A stretch of DNA of 61,613 nt, the filler included, from an uncultured Clostridia bacterium (GTDB lineage Bacteria > CAYTYR01 > UBA6262), in NCBI GenBank assembly GCA_964441745.1. It is 5 parts of 5 records of this genome, joined end to end, with 100 filler letters (N's around TTAATTAATTAA, not from the genome) between each part and the next. Parts side by side here need not be neighbours in the genome. Positions count along the whole stretch, not along the records: positions 1 to 19,010 come from CAYTYR010000031.1; 4 more parts are not named here. One strand, given 5' to 3'. The position numbers and the translations under genes are program-made. Numbering within the stretch: position 1 is the stretch's first letter; the number at the start of each line of letters is the position of its first letter. The notes below the pieces were generated by a model that was not told the origin of the DNA, ran no database searches, and saw only the letters and a list, made by a program, of their open reading frames with translations. Positions 9,264 to 17,600 of the stretch are shown piece after piece.

Positions 9264-10163
9264 ATGAAACGGATATTGAAAGTGGCAATACTCATAAGCA
9301 GTTTAACCTTACTTCTGACTAACGCAGTCTGGGCCGCCAGCAGTGGAGCAGCCTTTTTGAAGATCGGCGCTGGCGCCAGACCTGCGGCTTTGGGCGGAAA
9401 TTATGTAGGATTAGCCAATGACGTCAATGCCGTCAACTGGAATCCCGGCGGCTTAGGGTTTTTGCAGGACAGAGAATTAACCGCGATGTATGCCAGCTGG
9501 CTGGCGGATATGAACTATGAGTTTGCCGGCTATGCCCAGCCATTGAGCGACACCTGGTCTATCGGCGGCAGTATCATCATGCTGCAATCAGGGGACATGG
9601 AAAAGCGGTCAGAGACCCGGGAAAAACTAGGCACTTTCAGCGCCACTGATATCTGCGGCACCCTGGCCATAGCCAAGAAAGTACAGGAAAATGTTTCCCT
9701 GGGAGGCAGTGTAAAAGTCATTAACCAAAAAATCGATGATGAAAGCGCTACTGGTATGGCCGTGGATCTGGGAGCATTAATCAAGACCAGTATTGATAAT
9801 TTAAGTTTGGGGATAGCTGTCCGCAACCTGGGACCGCAGATGACATTTATCAGCGAAGGATATGACCTGCCGTTAACGGTGGCGGCTGGTGTTAACTATG
9901 GCTTAGGCCAGATGAACCTGACCAGTGACATAAACTACTATGATTCGACCACGACTATTGGGGTGGGTATGGAGTATAAGGTGATCGATGCCCTGGTCCT
10001 GGACCTGGGTTACAAAGCAGGCCAAGACAATAAATTAGAAGGCTTAGCGGGATTGAGCGCGGGATTAGGGTTTAACATTAACAGGATCAACCTGAGTTAT
10101 GCCTGGGTCCCTTATGGCGAGCTCAGCGATACCCATAGAATCAGCTTAGGATTTAAATTCTAA
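9264..10163 (+). CDS. PorV/PorQ (UPF0164) family outer-membrane beta-barrel
   Basis: GAAFLKIGAGARPAALG...ANDVNAVNWNPGGL N-terminus; C-terminal THRISLGFKF with terminal Phe; GGAGG RBS before ATG 9264. Confidence 0.85.
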   Translation: MKRILKVAILISSLTLLLTNAVWAASSGAAFLKIGAGARPAALGGNYVGLANDVNAVNWNPGGLGFLQDRELTAMYASWLADMNYEFAGYAQPLSDTWSIGGSIIMLQSGDMEKRSETREKLGTFSATDICGTLAIAKKVQENVSLGGSVKVINQKIDDESATGMAVDLGALIKTSIDNLSLGIAVRNLGPQMTFISEGYDLPLTVAAGVNYGLGQMNLTSDINYYDSTTTIGVGMEYKVIDALVLDLGYKAGQDNKLEGLAGLSAGLGFNINRINLSYAWVPYGELSDTHRISLGFKF

Positions 10164-10197
10164 TAACCGGAGAGATTAAGATAGTTCGGATTACGCG

Positions 10198-10236
10198 AAA
10201 ACCTCTGTTAAGAATGCTAACAGAGGTTTTTCTTTT
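10198..10236 (+). terminator. Intrinsic terminator after the PorV-like gene
   Basis: AAAACCTCTGTTA-loop-TAACAGAGGTTTT followed by T-run. Confidence 0.75.
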
Positions 10237-10468
10237 ACTGCTCATTTAGGGATATTGGCTCGCTGTCTCGCTGTGCCGTTTTCCGCCACTAAAGCGTTGG
10301 CGGACGCGGCGAAATCGTGTTTATATAGCTTGAATTTGCGGTAAGCAAATTCACCCGCCGATCTTTTTGGATGGCCGAACGTTTTCTTCACTGGCAGCAG
10401 CGGCCGCGCTCGCCTGTAATCTGTGTAGTCGCTCTTAGAAATCGGTGTAATCGTTACTAAATAAAAAA

Positions 10469-10552
10469 TGGACGAGAAGGGAGTTGAACCCTTAAGGTCT
10501 AACGACCATAGCGTCCTGAGCGCTACGCGTATGCCAATTCCGCCACTCGTCC
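10469..10552 (-). tRNA. tRNA-Leu(CAG), CCA not encoded
   Basis: Reverse complement folds: acceptor GGACGAG/CTCGTCC, anticodon arm TAGCG-CTCAGGA-CGCTA, long variable arm GGTC-GTTA-GACC, T arm AAGGG-TTCAACT-CCCTT. Confidence 0.95.
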
Positions 10553-10596
10553 AAATAAATATAGGCCCGCCTCTGTATTGCTTGGCGGGTATTTAA

Positions 10597-10625
10597 ATTA
10601 TACCCTAAATCACTGGTTCTGTCAA
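10597..10625 (-). promoter_or_regulatory. Sigma70 promoter for tRNA-Leu
   Basis: Perfect TTGACA-N17-TATAAT on minus strand. Confidence 0.8.
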
Positions 10626-10631
10626 GATACA

Positions 10632-10660
10632 TTGAAAAAAGTGGATTTTTGTGGTATATT
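10632..10660 (+). promoter_or_regulatory. Sigma70 promoter for smpB (probably leaderless)
   Basis: TTGAAA-N17-TATATT with TG extension, ATG 6 nt downstream. Confidence 0.65.
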
Positions 10661-10666
10661 AATTAA

Positions 10667-11122
10667 ATGGAACTTAAAAGCATTTCCACGAACCGCAAAG
10701 CCCTGCATAATTTTGAAATCCTGGATTCATTTGAGGCTGGTATTGTCCTGAAAGGCAATGAAGTGAAGTCTATTCGGGGGGGGCATATTAATATAGGCGA
10801 TGCTTATGCCAGTATCAATAAAGAAGAAATATTCCTTTATAATATGCATATTTCGCCTTATGAGCATTCCCGTTTGGAAGAATGCGATGCCTTGAGGGTA
10901 CGAAAACTTTTATTGCATAAAAAAGAGATCAAAAAGCTCATGGGTAAAGTCAAGGAGAGAGGCCTGACGCTGGTCCCTTTGGAACTTTATTTCAGTAAAG
11001 GCAACGTGAAAGTAAAACTAGCCCTGGCGCGCGGCCGGAATTTCCGAGATAAGCGGGAAGAATTAAAAAAGAAAGATGCCCAGCGCGATGTACAAAGGGC
11101 ATTTCGCGAAAAACATAAATAA
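10667..11122 (+). CDS. smpB: SsrA-binding protein SmpB
   Basis: NRKALHNF..EAGIVLKGNEVKSIR, RKLLLHKKEI, DKRE motifs; adjacent to tmRNA. Confidence 0.97.
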   Translation: MELKSISTNRKALHNFEILDSFEAGIVLKGNEVKSIRGGHINIGDAYASINKEEIFLYNMHISPYEHSRLEECDALRVRKLLLHKKEIKKLMGKVKERGLTLVPLELYFSKGNVKVKLALARGRNFRDKREELKKKDAQRDVQRAFREKHK

Positions 11123-11207
11123 AACTAGCGTGTAGCGGGTAGCGTTTAGCGTATAGGATGTATTCATTCTTTACTTTACGCTATACGCTTTACGCCGAAT
11201 TACTAAT

Positions 11208-11566
11208 GGGGGTGAAAGGTTTCGACCGGAATATCTGGGGTCTTGGATGGCAGGTCGGCATGGTTGGGTCGCCGTTAAATACCTAGCAAATTATAACTGC
11301 TAACTATAACACGAACACGCAGTTCGCATACGCCTGTTAAGGCGTAGTATCTTTACCTGCTCTGCCTACGGGCGGTAGAGGTACAAAAACTGTAGGCTGG
11401 CTTGACGAGTTACTCCTTAGCGAGTCAAGTGAGATCAGTAAGGATAGCTGTCTTTGTATCCTATCTAGTGGAGCCAGAAGCAGCGAATTCAATTACTAGA
11501 CTAAACCTGTAGAAGTTCTCGACACCGTATTTTGGGACCCGGGTTCGATTCCCGGCACCTCCACCA
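11208..11566 (+). ncRNA. ssrA: tmRNA; tag ORF 11299-11340 reads ANYNTNTQFAYAC*
   Basis: 5' GGGGGTGAAAGGTTTCGAC, 3' GACCCGGGTTCGATTCCCGGCACCTCCACCA, ATAACT-GCT resume context; directly after smpB. Confidence 0.95.
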
Positions 11567-11654
11567 TTTAAAACGATTACACAGATTAATAAAGAGATTA
11601 CCCGCCAAAAAGCGCTGGCGGGCGCAGCACAGATTAAATCAAAAAGGAATCGTT

Positions 11655-13250
11655 TTGTTACTTAACATTATAAAATGTTTAGTATTATTTCTATGCTTCT
11701 TGAATGTCGTACCGGCACAGGCACAGCCAGTGCCTTTACCGATCCAGGTTACCCTCGAAAACGGAACCCGCACTGAAAATGCTAAACTATATGAAATAAA
11801 CAAAGAAAAATACCTCGATGTCGCCGACCTGGCTGATTTTCTTGATGCTGATATTAAATGGCTGCCAGTCAGTAAAAAAGTGATCCTTTCGCTCAAAGGC
11901 GTCAGGATTGAATTTATCTATTTTGGCCGGACAGCTACGATCAATGGCCAGAAGATCAAGATGCCTTTAGTCTGCCGCTTGGAAAAAGGGGATCTCTATG
12001 TCCCGCTTAGTTTTGTTACCAGCCGCGGCTTTACCAAGCCTGTCGGATTGCGGATAAAATGGGATGCGCCAGCCAAGGTCTTAAAAGTATTCCAAACCCC
12101 AAATATCTCCGGAGTGAAGGCCCAGCAGGAAGAAGGGCTCAGCCGTTTGGTCCTGGAAACCCAGGGAAAGCTATATTATGAATCATCCCAGACTGCTGCT
12201 AATAAGATCACCATAGATATTTATAAGGGAGTCCTGGATCAGGATAAGAAGTATGCGATACCTGGTAATACCCTGATCACCGGCATGAACCTGGTACAGA
12301 AAAGTAATAAAGTATCCTGGCTAATAGAAGCTTGTCCGGACTTTGAATATAGTGTCAAGGTAGTGGATAATCCCTGGCGGATACTGGTGGATATTAAGAA
12401 AACAGGGGAACAAGTTTGTCCGCCGGAGCCGGAAATATCTGCCTCCACGCAGACGGCACAGGTGGCGGTGGTGAAAATCCCGCCCATCACTCCGGAATTG
12501 TCTTCGCCCCCGGTGGTAATACCGGAGATCAAACCAAAACCTGAACCGCCGAAGAAAGCCAGCTCTAAAATAAAGACCATTGTGATCGATCCTGGCCATG
12601 GCGGCCGTGATCCTGGAGCGATCGGGCAATATGGCACCAAGGAAAAGGATGTTAATCTTAATATCGCTTTTAAATTAGCCCAGCAACTGCATGAGAAAAC
12701 AAATTTACAGGTGATTTTGACCAGGAAAGAAGATGAATTCATCCCTTTAGCCGAACGGACCCAGATCGCTAACCTTAAAAAAGCAGACTTATTTGTTTCT
12801 ATTCATTGCAACTCTGGCCTGGACCGGGAGGCCAAAGGATTTGAAATATATTTTTTAAGTGAACGCGCTACGGACATGGAAGCTGAAGCGGTTGCTAATA
12901 TAGAAAACTCCGTCATTGACCTGGAAGAGAGATCAGCCGTCACTGATAAGCTGAAGGCTATCTTGTGGTCCCTGACTTTGAACGAATTTGTTAATGATTC
13001 CAGCGAATTATGTTCCTTTGTGGTTGGCCGGGTCAATGAGCTGGATGTAGATCTCTTGAACCGGGGTGTAAAACAGGCTGGTTTCTATGTACTGCGCGGA
13101 GCCAAAATGCCGGCGGTGCTGGTAGAATGCGCTTTCCTGTCCAATAAACGCGAAGAGCGGCTATTAAACAATAAAAAATTTACTGACAAAATGACTCAGG
13201 CGATATTTAATGGGATCATCGATTATATTGAACGAAAGGAACAAGAATAA
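11655..13250 (+). CDS. N-acetylmuramoyl-L-alanine amidase (Amidase_3) with N-terminal Cu-amine-oxidase-N/AMIN-like domains
   Basis: IDPGHGGRDPGA, EKDVNL, FVSIHCN, PAVLVECAFLSN; TTG 11655 after AAGGA gives a signal peptide (ORF-track start lies inside tmRNA). Confidence 0.9.
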   Translation: MLLNIIKCLVLFLCFLNVVPAQAQPVPLPIQVTLENGTRTENAKLYEINKEKYLDVADLADFLDADIKWLPVSKKVILSLKGVRIEFIYFGRTATINGQKIKMPLVCRLEKGDLYVPLSFVTSRGFTKPVGLRIKWDAPAKVLKVFQTPNISGVKAQQEEGLSRLVLETQGKLYYESSQTAANKITIDIYKGVLDQDKKYAIPGNTLITGMNLVQKSNKVSWLIEACPDFEYSVKVVDNPWRILVDIKKTGEQVCPPEPEISASTQTAQVAVVKIPPITPELSSPPVVIPEIKPKPEPPKKASSKIKTIVIDPGHGGRDPGAIGQYGTKEKDVNLNIAFKLAQQLHEKTNLQVILTRKEDEFIPLAERTQIANLKKADLFVSIHCNSGLDREAKGFEIYFLSERATDMEAEAVANIENSVIDLEERSAVTDKLKAILWSLTLNEFVNDSSELCSFVVGRVNELDVDLLNRGVKQAGFYVLRGAKMPAVLVECAFLSNKREERLLNNKKFTDKMTQAIFNGIIDYIERKEQE

Positions 13251-13251
13251 A

Positions 13252-14055
13252 ATGCCTAAAAATATTGGGGTCTTTGATTCTGGGGTTGGCGGTTTGACTG
13301 TGGTAAAAGAGTTAATGAAACTCCTGCCCCGCGAAACCATCATTTATTTCGGAGATACGGCCCGGGTACCGTACGGGAATAAATCAGCAGCTACCGTAAC
13401 TAAGTATTCACTGCAAAACGCGCGCTTTTTAATACAGCAGGATATTAAATTACTGGTTGTTGCCTGTAATACGGCCTCAGCTTTAAGTTTGCCCGCTCTT
13501 CAGGAAAAGTTTCCTGGTTTGCCGATCATTGGCGTGATCGATCCTGGAGTAAAAGCAGCGCTCAAAGCGACAAAAAGCAAAAAAATTGGGGTGATCGGGA
13601 CAATGGCCACTATTTCCAGCCAGGCCTATAACCGTCTGCTTACAGCTAAAGCGCCAGACCTAAAAGTATATGGGCAAGCCTGCCCTTTATTTGTGCCGCT
13701 GGTTGAAGAAGGATGGGTCCATAAAAAAGTAACTGCGCTGGTTGCTGCGGAATATCTCTCAGGAATGAAGCGGTTAGGTATAGACACATTGATCTTAGGC
13801 TGCACTCATTATCCCCTGCTGAAGAGGATAATCGGTCAGGTAATGGGCAAAAAAGTAAAATTAGTGGATTCGGCCCAGGAAGCGGCGCTGGAGGTACAGC
13901 AAATTCTGGAGAACAAAGAAATGGCAGTTACCAAGGGAGTGGGTAATTGCTTGTTCTATGTCAGCGATGTTCCGGATAAATTCATTACCGTGGGCCAGCA
14001 GCTTCTCGGCGAAAAAATACAACAAGCAACCCAGATCGATATAGAAAAGTACTAA
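13252..14055 (+). CDS. murI: Glutamate racemase
   Basis: IGVFDSGVGGLTV, PYG.K, ACNTAS, LGCTHYP. Confidence 0.96.
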   Translation: MPKNIGVFDSGVGGLTVVKELMKLLPRETIIYFGDTARVPYGNKSAATVTKYSLQNARFLIQQDIKLLVVACNTASALSLPALQEKFPGLPIIGVIDPGVKAALKATKSKKIGVIGTMATISSQAYNRLLTAKAPDLKVYGQACPLFVPLVEEGWVHKKVTALVAAEYLSGMKRLGIDTLILGCTHYPLLKRIIGQVMGKKVKLVDSAQEAALEVQQILENKEMAVTKGVGNCLFYVSDVPDKFITVGQQLLGEKIQQATQIDIEKY

Positions 14056-14059
14056 AGAA

Positions 14060-14181
14060 AACTCTAAATCCTAATATCTAAATTCTAAACAATATCTAAT
14101 TTCAAAATACAAAATGTTTTGAGAATTAGAGTTTGGAATTTTGAATTTGTTTAGGATTTCGATATTAGAAATTAGTATTTT
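14060..14181. repeat. Degenerate heptamer-unit inverted-repeat element (relatives at 35745-35830, 52515-52657)
   Basis: CTAAATC/CTAATAT/CTAAATT units mirrored by TTAGGAT/TTAGAAA units. Confidence 0.7.
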
Positions 14182-14194
14182 GATTGGAGTACTT

Positions 14195-14566
14195 ATGTTT
14201 ATCTTAAAAGTGATTAAGGTTTTTAGTGCGGCGCATAACTTGCGCGATTACAAAGGCAAATGCGAGAACCTGCACGGCCACAACTGGAAAGTGGAAGTAG
14301 AAGTGCAGGGAAATAAATTGGGCAAAGCCGGCATGTTGATCGATTTTCATGAATTAAAAGAAAGGGTAGCTGATATTTTAGTAAATCTTGATCATGGCTA
14401 TTTGAACGAAATACCTCCTTTTGATAAAATCAATCCTACCAGTGAAAACCTCGCTAAGTATATTTTTACGTCCCTAACCCGCCATCTGCCGTCTGCTGTC
14501 TGCCGTCTATATAAAGTTACTGTTTGGGAAAGTGATACTGCCTGCGCTATGTATAAGGAAAAATAA
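14195..14566 (+). CDS. queD: 6-carboxytetrahydropterin synthase
   Basis: FSAAH, CENLHGHNW, LDH, NPTSENLA, VWES; GGAG RBS before ATG 14195. Confidence 0.93.
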   Translation: MFILKVIKVFSAAHNLRDYKGKCENLHGHNWKVEVEVQGNKLGKAGMLIDFHELKERVADILVNLDHGYLNEIPPFDKINPTSENLAKYIFTSLTRHLPSAVCRLYKVTVWESDTACAMYKEK

Positions 14567-14597
14567 TACTTAGGTTAAGGTTTAGGTTGAGAAAGCT

Positions 14598-15284
14598 ATG
14601 CTGAAAAAAAAGAAAGCAATAGTACTATTATCTGGCGGGTTAGACTCAACTACTTGTTTGTATTGGGCCAAGCGCCAGGGCTTTGATTGCCATTGCCTGA
14701 TATTTGACTATGGCCAGAGACATAAGAAAGAAATACAGCAGGCTGTCAAGATCGCGAAAACCGCTAAAAGCCCTTACCAGATAGTGAAAATATCCTTCCC
14801 CTGGAAAGGCAGCTCCTTATTAGATAAAGCTTTGCCTGTTCCACGCATGACGCACGACGCACGACGCACGACTGCAATCCCCTCCACTTATGTCCCCGCC
14901 CGCAATACCATTTTCCTCAGTTTTGCTTTGTCCTTTGCTGAAGCTATTAAGGCCCAAGCCATCGTGATCGGGGCCAATGCCCTTGATTATAGCGGGTATC
15001 CTGATTGCCGGCCAACCTATTTCCAAGCTATGCAAAAAATGGCTAATTTAGCTACTAAAGCAGGAGTAGAGGGGAAGAAGATTAAAATACTAACTCCTCT
15101 TTTACATAAAACCAAAGCCCAGATCATCCGGTTAGGAAAAAGCTTAAAAGTACCATACCATCTGACCTGGAGCTGTTACCGCGGCGGGGCCAAACCCTGT
15201 GGTACTTGTGATAGCTGCCTTTTGCGCGCCAAAGGATTCCGGGAGGCTAAAATCGCTGATCCAGCGATTTTGGATAGCAGATGA
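14598..15284 (+). CDS. queC: 7-cyano-7-deazaguanine synthase
   Basis: SGGLDS, YGQRH, TYVPARN, YPDCR, TWSCY..CG.CDSC..R. Confidence 0.96.
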   Translation: MLKKKKAIVLLSGGLDSTTCLYWAKRQGFDCHCLIFDYGQRHKKEIQQAVKIAKTAKSPYQIVKISFPWKGSSLLDKALPVPRMTHDARRTTAIPSTYVPARNTIFLSFALSFAEAIKAQAIVIGANALDYSGYPDCRPTYFQAMQKMANLATKAGVEGKKIKILTPLLHKTKAQIIRLGKSLKVPYHLTWSCYRGGAKPCGTCDSCLLRAKGFREAKIADPAILDSR

Positions 15285-16009
15285 TGGATAGCAGATGGCA
15301 GTTGCAACCAAATAGCAAGGCGTCGATCACTGAAATATTTACCAGTATCCAGGGGGAAGGTTTATTTGTTGGTGAGAGGCAAATCTTTATCCGGTTTGCG
15401 GACTGTAACCTGAAATGCGATTACTGCGATACTGTAACCAGTGGTAAAGTGGCAGAGTGGTCAAGTGGCAAAGTGATAAGCCAAATAAAAAGAATCCTAC
15501 GCGGGAAGATCCACTCAGCTTCGATTACCGGCGGTGAGCCGCTGATCCACGTTGACTTTTTACAGGAATTGCTGCCACAGATCAAAGATCTTGGTCTTAA
15601 AGCTTACTTGGAAACGAATGGTACTTTGCCCAGGGAACTGGCCCAGGTAGTCAACTTGCTGGATTATGTGGCCATGGATATCAAGCTTCCTTCTGCCTGC
15701 GGTAAAGCTTTATGGCAGGACCATAATATATTTTTGCAGATATTGAAAAATTCTTCACTCCGGCCTGGCGACTATTTCGTGAAGATCGTGCTCACGTCTA
15801 AAACTACTCAGCCAGAAATAAGAAAAGCAATTGAAATTATCGCACGCGTTGATCGTTCAATTCCTTTAATCCTGCAACCAGTGTCTCCGGGGGAAAAGAG
15901 CAAACCAATCTCGGCGAAAAACATTTTTGCTTTCCAGTCTTTAGCTTTAAAATATTTATCAACGGTAAGAGTCATCCCGCAAATGCATAAAATACTGGGA
16001 GTAAGATAA
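15281..16009 (+). CDS. queE: 7-carboxy-7-deazaguanine synthase (radical SAM)
   Basis: EIF.SIQGEG, RFADCNLKCDYCDT, TGGEP, ETNGT, PQMHK. Confidence 0.92.
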   Translation: MMDSRWQLQPNSKASITEIFTSIQGEGLFVGERQIFIRFADCNLKCDYCDTVTSGKVAEWSSGKVISQIKRILRGKIHSASITGGEPLIHVDFLQELLPQIKDLGLKAYLETNGTLPRELAQVVNLLDYVAMDIKLPSACGKALWQDHNIFLQILKNSSLRPGDYFVKIVLTSKTTQPEIRKAIEIIARVDRSIPLILQPVSPGEKSKPISAKNIFAFQSLALKYLSTVRVIPQMHKILGVR

Positions 16010-16010
16010 A

Positions 16011-16274
16011 ATGATAAAAGAAATAAGCTTGATCGCCTCTGTCGTATTGCCCATGTTTAACATCCCGCTGATAATCAGGGTAATTCGCCGTAAGTCCTCC
16101 AGCGATATCAGCCTGACCTGGGCATGGGGAGTCTGGATCTGCCTGTTGCTGATGGCTCCATCCGGATTTACTTCAGCTGACCTGGTGTGGAAAACCTTTA
16201 ATATCGTCAATCTTATACTTTTTACCGCTGTGGTTGTCACTGTCACTATCTACCGTAAAAAAACTAATAATTAA
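16011..16274 (+). CDS. PQ-loop/SemiSWEET-like small membrane protein
   Basis: 87 aa, three TMs, PLIIRVIRRKSSSDIS motif. Confidence 0.7.
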   Translation: MIKEISLIASVVLPMFNIPLIIRVIRRKSSSDISLTWAWGVWICLLLMAPSGFTSADLVWKTFNIVNLILFTAVVVTVTIYRKKTNN

Positions 16275-16304
16275 ATCAGACCTAATTGCTTAAAGGAGAA
16301 ATAA

Positions 16305-16691
16305 TTGGACAAGAAGTCGTTAAAAAAACAGTACAAGGAAACCTTGCAGCCGATGGGTGTTTTCAAAATACAGAATAAAGTCAATGGCAAGATATTGCTC
16401 ATCAGCAGTAATAATATGCCAGGCAGGATCAATAGGGAGAAATTCCAGCTGGATATGGGCAGCAATCAAAATACAGGTCTGCAGCAGGATTATAAGGAAT
16501 TTGGTAAAGATAATTTTGCCTTTGAGATAGTTGACCAGCTTAAGCCAAAAGAAGACCCAGCCTATAATTATACTGATGACCTGGCTGTGCTGGAGTCAAT
16601 GTGGCTCGATAAACTCCAGCCCTATGGCGATAAAGGCTATAACGAGCTAAAACCCAATAATAACCAACCTCAACCTACGCGGTTGAGGTAA
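16305..16691 (+). CDS. GIY-YIG-like family small protein
   Basis: KK.LKKQYKE..PMGVF.I.N..NGK....S, LQ.DY..FG.DNF.FEI; AAGGAG RBS + TTG. Confidence 0.7.
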   Translation: MDKKSLKKQYKETLQPMGVFKIQNKVNGKILLISSNNMPGRINREKFQLDMGSNQNTGLQQDYKEFGKDNFAFEIVDQLKPKEDPAYNYTDDLAVLESMWLDKLQPYGDKGYNELKPNNNQPQPTRLR

Positions 16692-16718
16692 GCGGTTAAA
16701 TAAAGGTAGGATAAAGTA

Positions 16719-17222
16719 ATGAAAAGGATGATAGTGCCTGGCAGGGTGATAACCCTGGAACATAAGAAAATACCGCTGCCTAATGGCTACATTGTGCAGA
16801 TGGACGTCATTAAGCATTTAGGGGCGGCATTGATCGTGCCATTCCTCAATCAGGATAAGGTAATCTTATTGAGGCAATATCGTCCGGTCATAAATAAATA
16901 TCTTTATGAACTGCCGGCAGGCACAGCGGAGAAGGGTGAGAGCAACCTGCAGACTGCTAAGCGGGAGTTGATAGAAGAGACAGGATATTCAGCAGGAAAG
17001 ATGACCTTGATGGGACATATTTACCCTGTGCCGGGGTATTCCACCGAGAAAATAGCGATCTACAAGGCAGAAAAGCTTAAACCAGTGAAATATCATGCCG
17101 AGCAAGATGAGGTTATAAAAATCCTTACAGTAAACAGGGCCACGGTTAGGCAGATGTTCAAAAAAGGCCAAATGACCGATGCCAAAACCATCTGCGCCTT
17201 CGCAATGTGCGGGTGGTCATAA
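16719..17222 (+). CDS. NUDIX hydrolase (ADP-ribose pyrophosphatase-like)
   Basis: RQYR, ELPAG..EKGE....AKRELIEETGY Nudix box. Confidence 0.9.
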   Translation: MKRMIVPGRVITLEHKKIPLPNGYIVQMDVIKHLGAALIVPFLNQDKVILLRQYRPVINKYLYELPAGTAEKGESNLQTAKRELIEETGYSAGKMTLMGHIYPVPGYSTEKIAIYKAEKLKPVKYHAEQDEVIKILTVNRATVRQMFKKGQMTDAKTICAFAMCGWS

Positions 17223-17325
17223 GGTAGATAATAGTCAATTAAAAGGCGAAGCAGCAGATTTACTATTCTTGACCAAGGAGTATAATACCTTTGGGCTTTA
17301 TTTTTTATAAGCCAGGGAGGTATAT

Positions 17326-17505
17326 ATGCGCAAGAAATTAAGAAAGATAGCTAGGCTTTTAGTTTTAGCTGTCCTTATGACACAGGTGACAGGCTGCTGG
17401 TTTGGGTTTGGAATCAGAGGGGAAGGCGATGGAGGTGGAGGCGGTGGATATGAGCACCGTGGAGGTGGTGGTGGTGAGCATGGCGGCGGCGAACATGATC
17501 GGTAA
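17326..17505 (+). CDS. 59-aa Gly/His-rich lipoprotein (absent from ORF track)
   Basis: GGAGG RBS; MRKKLRKIARLLVLAVLMTQVTG-C lipobox; tail GDGGGGGGYEHRGGGGGEHGGGEHDR. Confidence 0.75.
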   Translation: MRKKLRKIARLLVLAVLMTQVTGCWFGFGIRGEGDGGGGGGYEHRGGGGGEHGGGEHDR

Positions 17506-17600
17506 GATAGGATCCATGGACAATATTGACAAAAAGGGGTGCGAGGAGTATAAATATATTAGATAAAGTTCCATAAATGAAATTAAGGGGGACAAAATTT

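Noticed and set aside
11567-11650. Integrated element at tmRNA or tRNA-Leu 3' end
   Set aside because: No integrase and no duplicated 3' end in the window
11532-11654. 41-aa N-terminal extension of the amidase in the ORF track
   Set aside because: Overlaps tmRNA 3' end and repeats; TTG 11655 has an RBS and gives a signal peptide
14195-16009. queDCE as a dpd DNA-modification island
   Set aside because: No DpdA/TGT paralogue nearby; sits in housekeeping context after murI
17365-17595. 76-aa minus-strand ORF
   Set aside because: Antisense to the 59-aa lipoprotein gene, which has RBS and lipobox
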